Of a stretch of DNA of 64,000 nt, positions 20,916 to 34,500 are shown piece by piece. How positions within the stretch are numbered: the first letter of the stretch is position 1; each line of letters begins with the position of its first letter. The stretch is taken from positions 332,516-396,515 of the forward strand of contig CDRNVI010000051.1 in NCBI GenBank assembly GCA_977017575.1. The letters run 5' to 3'. This stretch comes from Paramoeba atlantica. Lineage: Eukaryota > Protista > Discosea. The position numbers and the translations under genes are program-made. Below the pieces are notes generated by a model, which was not told the DNA's origin, did no database searches, and worked only from the letters and a program-made list of their open reading frames with translations.

Positions 20916-23434
20916 AATGATAGCAATTATAAACGTTTACAAAAGAAAAATAAAAAATTCTGCAAAACACTTATTATTTTCAGAATATTGCCACATGTTG
21001 CTAAGTACACGTCACTTGCACTGTATTACACGTCACTTGCATCTGTACGTATAATACAGTAACTCAAAAAAGTGTACAAATGTTTCGACATTTGAATTAA
21101 TGTTTATATTTTTTTATCACAGAGAATCAGAGAATTTTAGGTTCTTCGTTAAAAGTGGTTGTAAAAGTGGTTGTTTTCAACTTAGAAGTCACTCGTGCTG
21201 TGCGCCATAAAATATTGCCCCTGAAATAAAATATCGCCCCTGATCGTTTACCGGACGCTGGTCTTCTCGAGCGCATGGAAGAAAACGTCATTAGTTTGTG
21301 TGTCAACTGGATAAATAATCGAAGGAAGCAATTAAAAGGATCTCCGTGCGGTAAAGTGATAGAGCTTTTGTGCACCGTTCCGATCGATGAGATGAGTGTC
21401 CACCAGTTGTAGTACCTTTCTGGGTCTGTTTGGAACTGAATAATTGAGTTTACAACTTTTTGTTTATGAGGGGATCTTTTTGAGGCCTTAAATGCTTTTT
21501 GTATGGTCTCTCGTAAAAGCACAATAGAGCCTTAGCCGTAAAGGCCTCGTACAACAACACAAGATCCGGAGGTATCCTCGCAAAAACACACTAAGGATCA
21601 TCACCAAACTTCACCCTCACACTTCGTTGCGGTGGCGACGATGCCGGGCTTGGGACCGGTGACAAATGCGTTTGTGAATCTGTTTGTGAAGTCTGTGATA
21701 ATGTATCTTTATAATCTTAATCTTTATAAAAAGAAACAAAGTTATTTGCTTGGGGAACGAGATCTATTAAACACAATGAAATCAAGACAAAATGCGAAAT
21801 TCCCCCCTCTTCCCTAATCCCCCCCGCCTTAAGCAAACCCAGGCAAACCCAGGTGGTTTCAGCCCTCTAAATAGGGGCGTAGAGGGGTGACAATTAAGTA
21901 GGAGGAGGCACAGTATTTGCAAATTTGTGATCTTTCTGAAGAACTTTTCAAGAAAGAATACAGAGTGCGAAAAATACGAATTATCAGAACGGTCTTGAAA
22001 CATTTTGACTTCAAGGAAAAGATTTTCAATTGAAACTCAGAGAGCTGGGTTTGGATATCATCAGAATTAACTGGAATGACTAACTTGACTTGAAAAGAAG
22101 AAAACTAATTTAGCTAGTGCTAGTACTATTTAGACACATTATATTTTGTGAGAGTGAAGGCTATGTGATCTTCTATCATATTTTCGTCTATACTTACAGG
22201 TAGTACCGAAGGTAACGAAAAGTAATAGAATAATACTTTTCGTTGTCTTTACAATTCTTTACAATGTTTTTCATTGCTTTTCTCCAATATTCTTCAAATA
22301 TTGGGTGAAAAGGGACTTTCTTCCCCCGAAAAAAAATTGAAGTTTTTTCATGGTGGTTTCTCAAACAAAATTTCAGTATTATCCGAGCGAGTGATTAAAC
22401 ATCGTATTTTTGCTACTTACACGACTCCGCTATATCATTTTTCTTTGCACAGGCTCTAAAATGTATAACAGTATCACTTTTTGTAGTTCGGAACCTTGGA
22501 TGACGTGATGATAGAAGCCTGTACCGTACAATGTGAATTGAGGAGTTCTTGTAATCCGCTGTTTAAGAATTTTAAAATTATTGTCCAGGCTCAGAACCGG
22601 AACCAAGCTAGAGCTCATAAATTTTCTTCTTTGGTACATTCTATTAAGGGAAGTACGAAGTTTAAAGTTTTTGGGGGAAAAAAGTCCCTTATGACCAAAT
22701 TTTGTGACCTCCCTTTTAATAAATTTTATAATAGCGGGAAGGGGGGGCAAAAGAAAGTGAATCAAATGAAACGTGTGAAAAGGGGTAAATTTTCAGACCT
22801 TCGTTTTTTCTGAAACTGACCGAAGTTTCAGGGGGAGGTCATGGTAACATTCGAGATATCAGAAGTGTCTTGAAACAGTTTAACTTCAAGGAAATGATTT
22901 TCAATTGGAACTCAGAGAGCTGGGTTTGGATATCATCACGAGTAAATGCAATGATAAGCAAGACTTTTAATGGGACGAAAAAAAGAATTAACAAACTACA
23001 CAGAAGATTTTACTTACGACTTTTCTTGCTTGAGCATTTGACAAACACATTTAACTGCTATTCTTGGATTAGTTAATATGCGTAACAAAGGAGTTTTAGC
23101 TTATGTAAAGGAGTTATTTTAGGGAAGAAGAGCTTTTGTTGCCTGATTGTGCTGTTAGATGAGTCAGTGTAAAGAAATCGTGTTCTAATGTTGAAAAAAA
23201 GTAGCGCATTTTCGATATTTTAGAACGGATAATTTGCATTACACATACATTCACTACAAGATACACATGTTTGTGAGTGAATCTGATTCAGATGCAAACG
23301 GCACTACTAGAAGGCGCTGTGCATATTCCACATATTTTCGTTCACTGGAGTTTCCAATGGGTTTATTTCGCTGCTTCTTTGAATCAAATTTATTGTCCAG
23401 AAGTCAAACTTCGAAATAGTCACCATAACTATTA

Positions 23435-26400
23435 CAGTGGTTTCAGTTGATCTTGCCCCCCCCTCGGAATTTTGATTTCTTTGATCCGTTTTTGATTATC
23501 TTTTCAGCATTGGAGAGATCTCGTCCCCCTAGCGAAGCGCCTCGCCGCCTTTTTTTCATAGAGACCCCCTGGTGCCCCCTGGGTCCAAAAATCACTGTTT
23601 TTTAGACGTTTTCTGTGTACACAACCGCTTTTGCCACGTTTTCCCGATTTTCTGTATATTTTTTACATGTAAGTACGAATGATAGTGTTCTAAATTGATA
23701 ATTTGAAAGCTCTATGTCTAGTACTCTCTCTATTGCCTAGATTAATTTAGTCAACACCTCTACATTATGAAGATCAGACCCTCTAACCCCAAACAGGGGG
23801 AGTACATAGAACGATGTAAACCGGGGGTCAGCTCAATATTAAGGTTAGTTTAATATTAAGATCTACTTTAATATTAATATTGACACTTTAATATTAAGAT
23901 TCACGTTAACATTAAGCTTCGATTTTTTACGGATTTTCTTTGGCTCTTTGACTTTTCTGATTTTTCTGATTTTTCTAATGGACGTTATCGCTACAGTTTG
24001 GCCTTTCCGAGGAGGCCATGGGTCACGGTGGCCTCCCTTGAGGACCACTAGACGTGTCCTCCGCCGACGAGACTCTCGGCTCTCTGCATCTGGCGGTGGC
24101 CGAGCTCCCCGCACCTCGGCTCTGTCGCAGCTCTCTGCACCTGGAATGCCCCCGAAACTGTAATATGGGGATTACGCATCCGGCTCTCTGCACCTGGGAC
24201 GCCAGCTCTCCGCACCAGCACACCTCCGGCGAGGACGAAACCTCACTTGATCCACCCGTCGTATGCGGGATAAGGACATAGTGAGTAAATCTCTGCACTA
24301 TAAGTGCATGATAAAACAATGACGGCACTCAACGTAATTACGGAACACCTTAGTTAAGGGACAACCCCTTCTGGGACAAAAGTGTCCCGTAATTAAATGT
24401 CACTTAGCTTTGACCTGTCTCACGGAAAAGGGCAATACTACATACACAATATATCTCCCCATGGAGCCACCGAGTCCAAGTTTCTGGTGAGTGATTGTAC
24501 TGCAGGTTCTGTTGCTATATTTTTTCTTATTTTTGTACATGGCATATATGGGCGTGTAAAACTTTTCTGCTGACAATATGCCGGTCGAGCCGGATCCACC
24601 ACACTTCGTTCCAGGCAGTGGAGCGAAACGCACTCCCAAGGCCCAAGTGTGAAGAACCGGATGAAAGATCAAATGATAGTGAAGCATCACATTCCAGTGA
24701 TTCAGAGGATTCCTGTAAACTTTGAAAAAAAGGAGGTAGAAGTTCTACCGTAGAACTAAGATTTGCCCTTAAACGGGGGTACAACGGGAGTACGACTTAA
24801 TGTACCGGGTACCCTTTTATATACCGGGGGGGGGGGTATAATCGCTACCCAATATACCCCCACCCCCTTGTTTTTCACGGTGCCGTCATGAAATTACCCC
24901 TTTTAACCTCTTTGGTTAAGGTTGTCTAGCAAAAACAAACACTAAAAACATTGGAGCTAATATACCCCCCACCCCCCCGCATTATACCCCCCACCCGGTA
25001 TAAACGGAGAGCGAATATACCCCCCCTTAATATACAGGGTATACTTTATTATACCCCCCTGTACATATTAAGATTAGCATCTTTCCAATCTTAATTATCA
25101 AGATTGCTAAGAACCCTGTCAACTCCACCGTCGATGGCGAGGCCAAAGAATTTAGCTCCATCTATGGTTCGTCGAATGTCTTCCCAGATCATGTCGGCAA
25201 TTCGACGTTCACTGATATGAAATTCGCGAGGAGAAGGAAGGATCGATGCAGCTTCTGAAGGATGTATGTCGGGGGGAAATTCTTGAAATAAGGTCTTTAC
25301 GCACTCGAGGAATCCTTCGGTAGAAAGATTTCTCTGAGCTGCGAAACATGGGAGAGCTTCGGAGATGTACTCCTCTAGCGACTTGGGATTTGCAACTTCA
25401 CTGGAGTCTTCCATCCCCTGCTGCGCCTTCGAGCAGCACTCTTTCAAATGTTTATAACAAAAATTCTCCCCCTTGCTATGGGTCACCCACCCACATACTT
25501 TACATCGAACATGCTGTGTGTGGCCCATAGCATCATTCCGGATGCCTGAGACGTTTTTCCGAGCCCACTCGAGGCACAATTTTCCAGAGGACTCAACGCC
25601 GAGATCGCATCGCTCGTACGTTAATTGCTCCTGTCGACGGAGGCTTCCACAAGCGAGTGGATCGTTCCCGCAGTTGCTTTTTCTCTTTCTCTGGAGAACA
25701 TTCTCCTCTTCAAGCGGAGAGAGGGACGCACTTAACGCTACTTGGGAAGGTGTCTCTTCTAACTGTGACGTAATTGCGGCTACTCTCTCGCGATGCTCCC
25801 GTGCTGACGGTCGCTTTCTTGTGTTTTCAGGGGTGGGGGTTGAAGGTGCGCTTTCCGAGTTCTTTGAACGTTGCGTCATTTAAAACAGTGAGTGAGAAGG
25901 TGATTAAAGGAAGTGATAAGGTGCAAACAAAAAGGCTGAGCAATACTTGTGTACCAGTCCTAAATGTCGCAATAAAGACAAATCTTTCCATTCATATACA
26001 GGGAAAAACTACATTTCTATAGACACTTAATAAGATTATAGACACCTTCGAAAAGTAGTATCTCATAGTATATAAGATATCTCATAGTATAAGTAGTATC
26101 TCATAGTATAAAATACTAGTTAGACTATGTTAATATTAGCATTTCCAATCTTAATATTAGACTGACCCCCGGTTTAATCACAAAAGAGAAGAGAACCCCA
26201 CAATATGTGCAACACAATTGATTCAGTCCCAAAGAGACTTCGAAACGTGTTGCAAAACAATGGAAGCCATTCCGGATACTACTCCTCTTCTCATTAATTT
26301 TAATAAATGCCATTCCTATTTTTTCAAAGAAAAATTATAGATTTTCAAAAAATTATGGTTTTGAAGAAAAAAACAGGAAAAGCTAGAATAGAGGGGAGGA

Positions 26401-26852
26401 CACCGCAGAAAAATTTGACCCTCGCTTCCGACAAGGGCCTTGGATCTCACGTTCTGCGATAGCTTAGCGCAGAAAAATAGCGTTTTTCCATCAGGCAGGA
26501 TCATCAATCAGGACTTTTTGCCTAACCATTCTCATTAATTTCTATAAATATAAATTTTCTTTTTTGTTATAATTAATATTTATAGAAATTAATGAGAGGA
26601 GTTCTTTGCATTCAGAGTTAACTTTTGGACACAACCGTTTTTTGCTCCATTTTTCATAGACAAAAAGATGTCATATTTTTTTATTTTGGTCAACTTTCGG
26701 GTCACCCAGGGGGCACCAGGGGGTCTCTATGAAAAAAAGGCGGAAGAAGTCTTCGCTGGGGGAACGAGATCTCTCCAATGCTGCAAAGATGAGCAAAAAC
26801 GGATAAAAAAAGTCAAAATTCCGAGGGGGGGCAAGATCAACTGAGACCACTG
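23435..26852. mobile_element. Duplicate of the 10031-13439 Tc1/mariner-type element
   Basis: Same TIRs and TA TSD in duplication copy 2. Confidence 0.85.
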
Positions 26853-28918
26853 TATAGTAGCCGTACAACAGCCATTTTCAAGCGTGCTGTATCGACATTT
26901 AGCGCTCTCGCCGTTGTATTGCAAGGCTACTGAATTTGTGCACTAGACATGTCATATGCAGCCCGATAAAAAATAGAAAAATAGGTGGTAAGAGAGTTAT
27001 TCCTACCGATGAGGCAATAGAATATTCTTCACGTGGTGTTCGGCAGTACTATTGCCCCAATATCGAACACTAGTAGACTTTGAATGTGCTGACGAGCTTG
27101 CTCCATAAAAAGCGAGGGTCCCGACTTTCGAACAGGCGGAAGCCCGTGGAAAATCCAATGGAAAATCCACCGAACTACTTGAAATAAAGGTTCGTAAAGG
27201 TTTCTACTGGAAATGCAGCATAGCCTCCGGTGAATTTGTCATAGTATCTTCGTTGATACACTCGAAGCCTCGTCAATCTAAATTGTACTGACGTCTTCGA
27301 TTTTATTCAGTCTCTCGCTAGTGAGGTACGACGTACAGGATTTCCGGTACGCTTTCCAAGCCACCATGTCAGAAAAGTCGTTTTCTTGCCCTTATTTTTT
27401 CTATCGGCGCACGATTGGCCGAAGGCCACGAGTAGGGGGTAGTATGGCCGTAGGGGGTATAGCGAGGGCGTGCCTGAGCGGGCCTGAGTCATACGCGGCG
27501 TTGTTAGTGGAAAAAAATTTGCGAATTGCAACAATTTTCGAAGCCCGATGTACTTGCACCAAAACATCTGCTTTTTGTCTGATGAAAAACAAATTCTGGA
27601 AAACAAAAGCGTGGGCGGTGGGGGAAGTAAACTGAGCGTGAAGAAATGTAGCTGAAAAAAGTGTCGAAAAGCGGAAAAATATCAGGAAAAATAGCCGAGG
27701 CACTGAACCTCCTTAACAGGCACCCAATCCTGCCTAACACATTGACCCTTCCCCTGCGAGAAACACCAAACTCAGAACGATACAGAAGACATCTCAAACA
27801 ATTAGAAAACGCCTGAGAGCTAGAGCCCGAGCGTCGCTCGCTGCACGATAGGGCGGTACACCGCAGTGTACAAAGATGACACATCCACTCGAGTAATTTG
27901 ACCTCGACCATGCGAACTAAAATTCGCGAAGGAACCGGGGCATCATTTAATACACAACGTGTAAAAGATTCATTCCCATTCGGAGACAGTTTAGAATCTC
28001 AGATCCGGTTCCTCCACGCAGACGTGCGCACCTACTACACCAATTCCCCATATCTGCGGTTCTCGGCGACGTCTGTGTCCGCATTGGCACTCGGATTCTC
28101 AGGTCCCGCGTATTGCACATGGGCTTTAAGCTCGCGTGTGGAATTGCGCAGGCACTAATCTGGGGCACAATTCTACACAGAGAACCTGGCGATGAGTTAC
28201 TAGACCCTATCACAGAGCTAAATCAAGAAACAGCACCAGGCATTGTACAAAACCCAGGAAAAGCAGTAATCGCTATCTTGTACGACTCAATCCTGTTAGT
28301 GGCGAGGGCGCGCGTGAGCGGACCTGAGCCATACGCGGCGTTGTTAGTGGGAAACAATTTTCGAATTGTAAAATTTTTCGAAGCCCCATGAACAGGCACT
28401 AAAACATCTGCTTTTTGTCGGTTGGAAAACAAATTCTAGAAAAAAAGTGACAGGGAAAAGTGGAAAACTAAAGCGCGGGCGGGGTGGAAGTACCTTGAAC
28501 GTGAAAAAAAGTATCTGAAAAAAGTGTCGAAAAGCGGAAAAATATCAGGAAAAACATTTTTTGTGAAGCAGGGCGAATGCAGTAAGCCAAAAGTGGTGAA
28601 GAAAAGGGATAGGAAAGGTACAAAAAGTCGTGTTCTAAATGAATCATAACAAATAAATGAAAATAATTATGGAAATAATTTATCAAAATTTTACAAATCA
28701 ATATTTTTTTGGCGCTTTTTAGGTATACTTTTTAGTTATTATGGAGAAACGCGTTCGCTATATTGTAGATCACTTGCAACACCTTTTTTACGTAGATGTG
28801 TCGCAGAAAAGTAATAACAACAAATTTACGACTCCTCTGTGGTACTATCCGAGTAGTCACTATACAAACTTGATAATGAGTTTATAGTTTCACTGGAACT
28901 GTAGTCCCCCGAATTAGA

Positions 28919-29671
28919 CTATCCTTGCGGTAAATACATCACGTACGACGGCAATTTCACATCTGGAGCATAGGAAGAAAAATTGTTGCGTCGCAAATCT
29001 AGATGCACAATCACGTCTCGATTAGTCGGTTTCAATAAAGTCTTCAAATCCACGACCCCTTCAAGACGGTTGCGGTGGAGGCCCAAATATTGGATAGTCT
29101 CCGGAAGTTTGTCTAATTTTATAGTCCCTGTAAATAAATTGCGATCAAGAAACAGCTGGAGTAGCATCGGCGGAAGGGCAGTTAGGTTTATCTCACCAGA
29201 AAATCGATTACTCTGGACCATCATTTCTGTAAGAGTTCGAGGCAGGTTCGTAAGATCAAGTGCACCAGACAAAACGTTAGTCTCGGCGATGAAATAATCT
29301 AACTGTTCGGGGTACTGTATTTCAGTTACTGCACCCTCGAGGCGCGGGTGTCCTACTACGGCTATATGAAGCAGGGTTTTAGGTAAATTATCCCAAGAGA
29401 GGTGCCCACGTAATCTAAGTGTGCGAAAACTGTGATACCATGATATTCCGATAATAGTTTGTGTAGAATCACACACCACTCCTAACCAGGTACATACAGA
29501 AACTTTTTTTACTTTCCCGAACCATCCTTTTTTTGAAGTTTTCCACGATTTTGGCTTCTCAAGAATGGGTGACACAAACCGTTCCATCATGTCTTCTTGA
29601 GGAAGCAAATAAGAAGAGACTTTACCACGCCTCAAGTCAGAGCCGTCGTCAGCGTTGTAAACAGTAAACAT
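28919..29671 (-). CDS. LRR-only protein, 250 aa, duplicate copy
   Basis: Translation identical to 15506-16258. Confidence 0.9.
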   Translation of the reverse strand: MFTVYNADDGSDLRRGKVSSYLLPQEDMMERFVSPILEKPKSWKTSKKGWFGKVKKVSVCTWLGVVCDSTQTIIGISWYHSFRTLRLRGHLSWDNLPKTLLHIAVVGHPRLEGAVTEIQYPEQLDYFIAETNVLSGALDLTNLPRTLTEMMVQSNRFSGEINLTALPPMLLQLFLDRNLFTGTIKLDKLPETIQYLGLHRNRLEGVVDLKTLLKPTNRDVIVHLDLRRNNFSSYAPDVKLPSYVMYLPQG

Positions 29672-31517
29672 TAAACAGAATTTTTTAAACTGTTTTCTTT
29701 TCCTTTAAACTGTGTTTTTTAAGCGGGAGTATGATTATTGTACAAAATTAGAGCTTCGTCACGTACGAAATGCATAAAAACCAAAAGTCTTGGGAAATTT
29801 TGAACTAACTCTCACAAGAATACTATCTGTTTTTACTTACCACCTCTTTTTATCCTTTCTAAAAGTTTGTTGCAAGGATTTGAAATGGGATTAGTTCTAC
29901 TGAAGGGGTATGCTGAAGACACTCCCTTCATAAAGTGCCCAAAAAAAGTCTGAAAAATATATTTGGTTTCTACCTCAAACGATTTACATAATAGCTATTT
30001 TTTGACGACAAGAAAAGTCGTTTTTTTGCACGAGTGTTTTCAAACTGCGCACGAGCGGCCGAAGGCCACGAGTGTTTTCTGAGTCGAAAACATGGCTTTC
30101 CTTATATTTTATCCGCTTTGAGACATTTTTGCTAAGATTTTCTACAGTTTTACATGGGAAAAAGAATGCCCAGTAAAGAGGGGAACAACACGCGGCGTTG
30201 TTAGTGGGAAAACATCCGCCTTTTGCCTGATGAAAACTAATTTCTGGAAAACAAAAGTGCGTGTGGAGGGAAAAGTAGAAGACAAAAGTGTAGGCGGAGG
30301 GAAAAGTAACCTGAGCGTGAAGAAATTTTTCTGATAAAAGCGTCGAAAAGCGGAAGAATATCAGATTATATCAAATGTTTTATGTAAAGTTTTATGTATA
30401 CGAACCCATGGTCAAAATAAGGCGCCCTCCTCTAAAATCTCAATGCTTCGTTTTTTAGGCTAATTTTGTTGCATTTTATAGATCTCAACACATTTTTTTG
30501 GATTTTTTAGATCTCAATATAGAGAATTTCCGGGTTAAGAAGCGTAGCCCCCTCTTAAAACGCTTCTCAAAAATTTACACTCTTTAACAGCAAAAATGTT
30601 CTCCCCTCTGAGAAATTCAACTTTGTTTCCTCTCATTTTTGTTGCAAACGAGAGATCTCGTTTCACTAGCGAAGATTATTGATACATTCATCTCATAGTG
30701 ACCCCTGGTGCCTCCCGATAGCAGGAATCGGTTAGAGCTTTGGGTTAGAGATCGGTCGTGAAAGTTAGCGTTCAATCCGTCTTTATGGAACAAATCTTAT
30801 ATACGCCAACATCTTTAAAAGATGATCTTTTATCACCCACTTGATGGTAATAGTGAAGAACATAGCAGAAAATCTGTCAAGAAAGCTCACAGGGCAACAG
30901 GTCGCTCCATTTGAATTCTTTTACTTTAACTATCGTACAATCCATTATTGCAACGGATCGCTCCTATAGTTTATGGAATTCATCGGGAAGCATGTGCAAT
31001 TTTCTATGCAGGGGGTTCTAAAGTAGGGACCCCATCCCGGGGTTTTGAAAAACGTTCGGGGACCACTTTCCGCGTTAATCAACTCACCAGAGGTTATTGC
31101 TCCGTTTTGGCGTTGCATACTACTGTAAAGTCTACGTATTCCTTTCGTTAATTTCGTAATATTCTAGCGCCGAAGGGAAGGTAGTCATTGCATAAAAAAG
31201 GATTACGTACATATTTGTCGTATGGGAAGGATTAAAAATGGAAAGGTTAAATGATGGTGGGATTAAGCTTATCTTTGTCAAATTAGTAACATGCTGATTA
31301 ACAGGTCCAAAAACAAATCTATCTAGCGCATACCGAGCGACCAATTGAGAACGTAGTCCTTTCCCTGCTAAATTGCAGTTAAATTGTAAAGTACATTTTA
31401 TCCTTCCACAATTCACACAAACTCTTTTCACCTACCAGCAACCGTTTCATTTGTGAAGTGATCTTGCTTAATTTTACTTCATTTGACTCTCGGGGAACAT
31501 GAACTCTCAGTGAAGTG

Positions 31518-34500
31518 CTACTCATCCCCCTGTGCTTGTTGTGCATACGTCGTGGAGTGCTTTTCCACCACAAATCCCGGCACGGCGGCCAGAAACGACG
31601 GAACCGCCGCAGAACCCCGTTGTGCGGCCGTTCCCAGAGGAGAGGTTTCCCCCCTTGACCCCATGACCTCAGGACTCCCCCCCACTCCCCCACGATTCGG
31701 GGAAGAAGAAGAAGAGTCCCCGGGGAGGGCCAACTCCTGTGCATCTCGTGGTCCCCACTCCTTCAACTCAATCACAAAGTCACGGAGCAGCGCCGTGAGT
31801 GCGGGGAGGTTCGTCCCATGCGACCCACACAGCGCGGTGACAAACCGATCGACTTGGGTAAACGTTAGATTGGGAAACGCCGTGGAGAGCGTTGTGGTCA
31901 GATACTGCTGGATGTAACCCAACGAGCTGGTCTCGGGGTCCTGATCCGCCGCGATCCGAGCCGCCCCGGGGGCGACCTGGAGAATCAGGGCGATGATTTT
32001 CACGTGCTGGGCGAAATCCCCTTTATGGAGGGTGTCGGTCATCGCGACCATCACCTCGGTGAGGATGGTGATCGCGTAGGCCACGTAGAAGGGTGCCGCC
32101 AGGGGACTCTGGGAGACACGGTAGAGAAACTCCAGGAGCATCTCAGCCCCGGGCCCGGAGACGGCGCTGGTGGTGTGCTTCATCGACCACAGCACACCGT
32201 CCATAATCATCGGGGACTCCTGGGCGTAACGTAGAAACGGATCAAAGCAGTTTTTGGTAAGCGCGCGCATGAGTTTGAAAACCTGAACGCGGTGGTCGGG
32301 GTAGTCCTGCATGTTCTCGGAGATCATCTGGAGTGTGGGCTCCACGGCGGAGGCACAAATCTCAGAGACATTGTCCCCGACGAAGATACGCAGGCGCTCG
32401 CAGATTGTGGTGAGCAAAGTCAGCAGCTGTGCGTCCCGCAGTGCGGGGAGTGAGCTCTTGTACTCCGGAAGAATGGTGTCGAATACGAGTGGGAGAAGGT
32501 ATCGCGCTACGGGCTCAGGCATCCGTGTGCTGCTGCAGAGCTCTGCAAACACTTTTAAGATTTCACGTCGCACGCCCCGGAGTAGCTTCATGGGATAGGT
32601 GTGGATCACATTGGCGTCGCGTAGTTTCAGTTGCTCGTTGATTACAGAAGTGATTTTGCCGTAAAGGTCCATTAGGTTCTCCCGCCGATTGTGTACGTGG
32701 TGGACGAAGGTATGTCCTAAGCCTTTACCAGCACACACCTCACACCGTAGTAAGTAGATTAACTTCCGCAAGACATCGGGCTCCAGAATGTTCACCGTAC
32801 CTTGTTGCAAGCTACTGACTAAAGAGTCCCAATCGGATACAATCACGCGGTAGAGCTCCGGTATGAAAGTCTGTTCCTGTACCGGCTCCGGGGCAGCTCC
32901 AACAATAACGCCTAGGGCTTCGAATAACACGTAAATATGAGAACTCTGAAGTACTGGGAGGACTTTGGGTAGTTTCGTTTGAATGAACTCAAGCACGTAC
33001 GGAAAGTCGTTCTCCTGAGAACCTTCACACAAATTTGTACCGCACAGGCGTGCGAGTTTAAGAAACGTATCAACGGCCATGTCCTGCACTCCAGGAAATG
33101 TTTCTTCCATAAATTCGGTAAGCTTGTTCATTACTGTAGTAAGAAATCGATAGTGACTCCGCAGAAACCGGGGGTACTGTCCTACAACGTACATGATGTT
33201 GGAAGCAATCACAGCACGGTTTTCCTTCCCGCTGGTAACGTCGCACAGCTCAAGCAAAATTCGAATCACACGAATAAAGAAGGTACGCTCGTGTGCTTCC
33301 TCCATAGTGCCACTAATCGCGCCTACCGTCCAGCAGAGCTGATTGAGTTCCCTCCAGGTCCATTCCGTGTCGGAGGGTTGCTGGCCACCAAATTCCTCCT
33401 CTCCTGTCCCCTGCGGAGCTGACCGTTCAGGAACCACATTGTCATCGAGCCGCGCCAGAAAATGAATATGCTCGAGATTATCCAACAGCAAGGTTTCAAT
33501 CTGCTTCAAATTCAAGTGCGCAAGCAGCACCAACGTCTGTCGCATGGTGTTATACAAATCAATCGTCTCCACATCCGTGAGATACTCCTTCGTCAACTCC
33601 CCCTGCTCATCCTCCACAATAATCACCTCTTCTGGTTTCGCCATCGACCCCGTGAGCACGGGAAGCAACGCCGTAAACACCTCACGGTACAGCAGTGCCC
33701 GACCTTGATGCCTTTTCTGGGCAAACGAGAACGTTCCCCATCCCCCTGGCCCTCCCTCCTCCCCACGCTGGTGCGTATTCTGCGTGGCTGAATGCATCTC
33801 CGCGTACACGCGCTTACACAAGTGCAGCCAGTACTCCACACAGACCTTGAAATTCTCCTTATCCTCCAGTCGCGTTAGCGCGACCAAATACATGTGGCCG
33901 CCGAGGGTCTCCTCGGGGACCGCCTCGAGCCAGCCCGCGTGGTTCGTGAAAAGGCTAATCAGGAACAGCGAGAGGTTGTGGAGGAAGTCGCGTTGCTCCT
34001 CGGAGCCGCTCTCGTGGGCGTGGTGGAGCGTTTGCAGGAGTGAGGGCGCGGAGTCGGGGGGGTAGAGTGTGGCGACGTGACGCATGACCCCGCGGTAGAG
34101 CGTGAGAACCATTTGTTGCTGTTGGTGGTGGTGGTGGTGAGCGTCCGTGCTCGCAGAAAACGTGGAACCGGAAGAAGACGAAGATGAAGAAGCAGAGCTG
34201 CTGCTAATCTCGGTAAGACAACGAAGCGCGCTGTTTCGGGTGAGTCCGACAGGGAGGAAACGAGACCCGAGGAGGGAGACGAGAGGGGTAGAGGAGAGAC
34301 TTTCGGGGGGTACCCAGGAAAGGTAGCGTTCGAGCATTTGTAGCGCGGAGGTGAGGACGCGAGGGTCCTCACTGTTTTCCAGGGCGTCGAGTCCGGTGGT
34401 CATGATTTGAGCGTACTCTTGGAGTAGAGCTTGCTTTTTGCGTTCCGCCATGCGCTGCGTCATGGTGGCGTTTTCGTAGTTGAACACCTCTTCTGAGAGT

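Larger units (their letters stand above)
18171..31585. repeat. 13.4-kb tandem segmental duplication, copy 2
   Basis: Identical wherever compared, except for an extra tttttctga near 23960. The junction has GG microhomology at 18171-18172. Confidence 0.97.

Noticed and set aside
4767-31585. Transposon- or repeat-mediated origin of the large duplication
   Set aside because: Both breakpoints are in unique coding sequence with only 2 bp of shared sequence, and there is no TIR or repeat at the junction.
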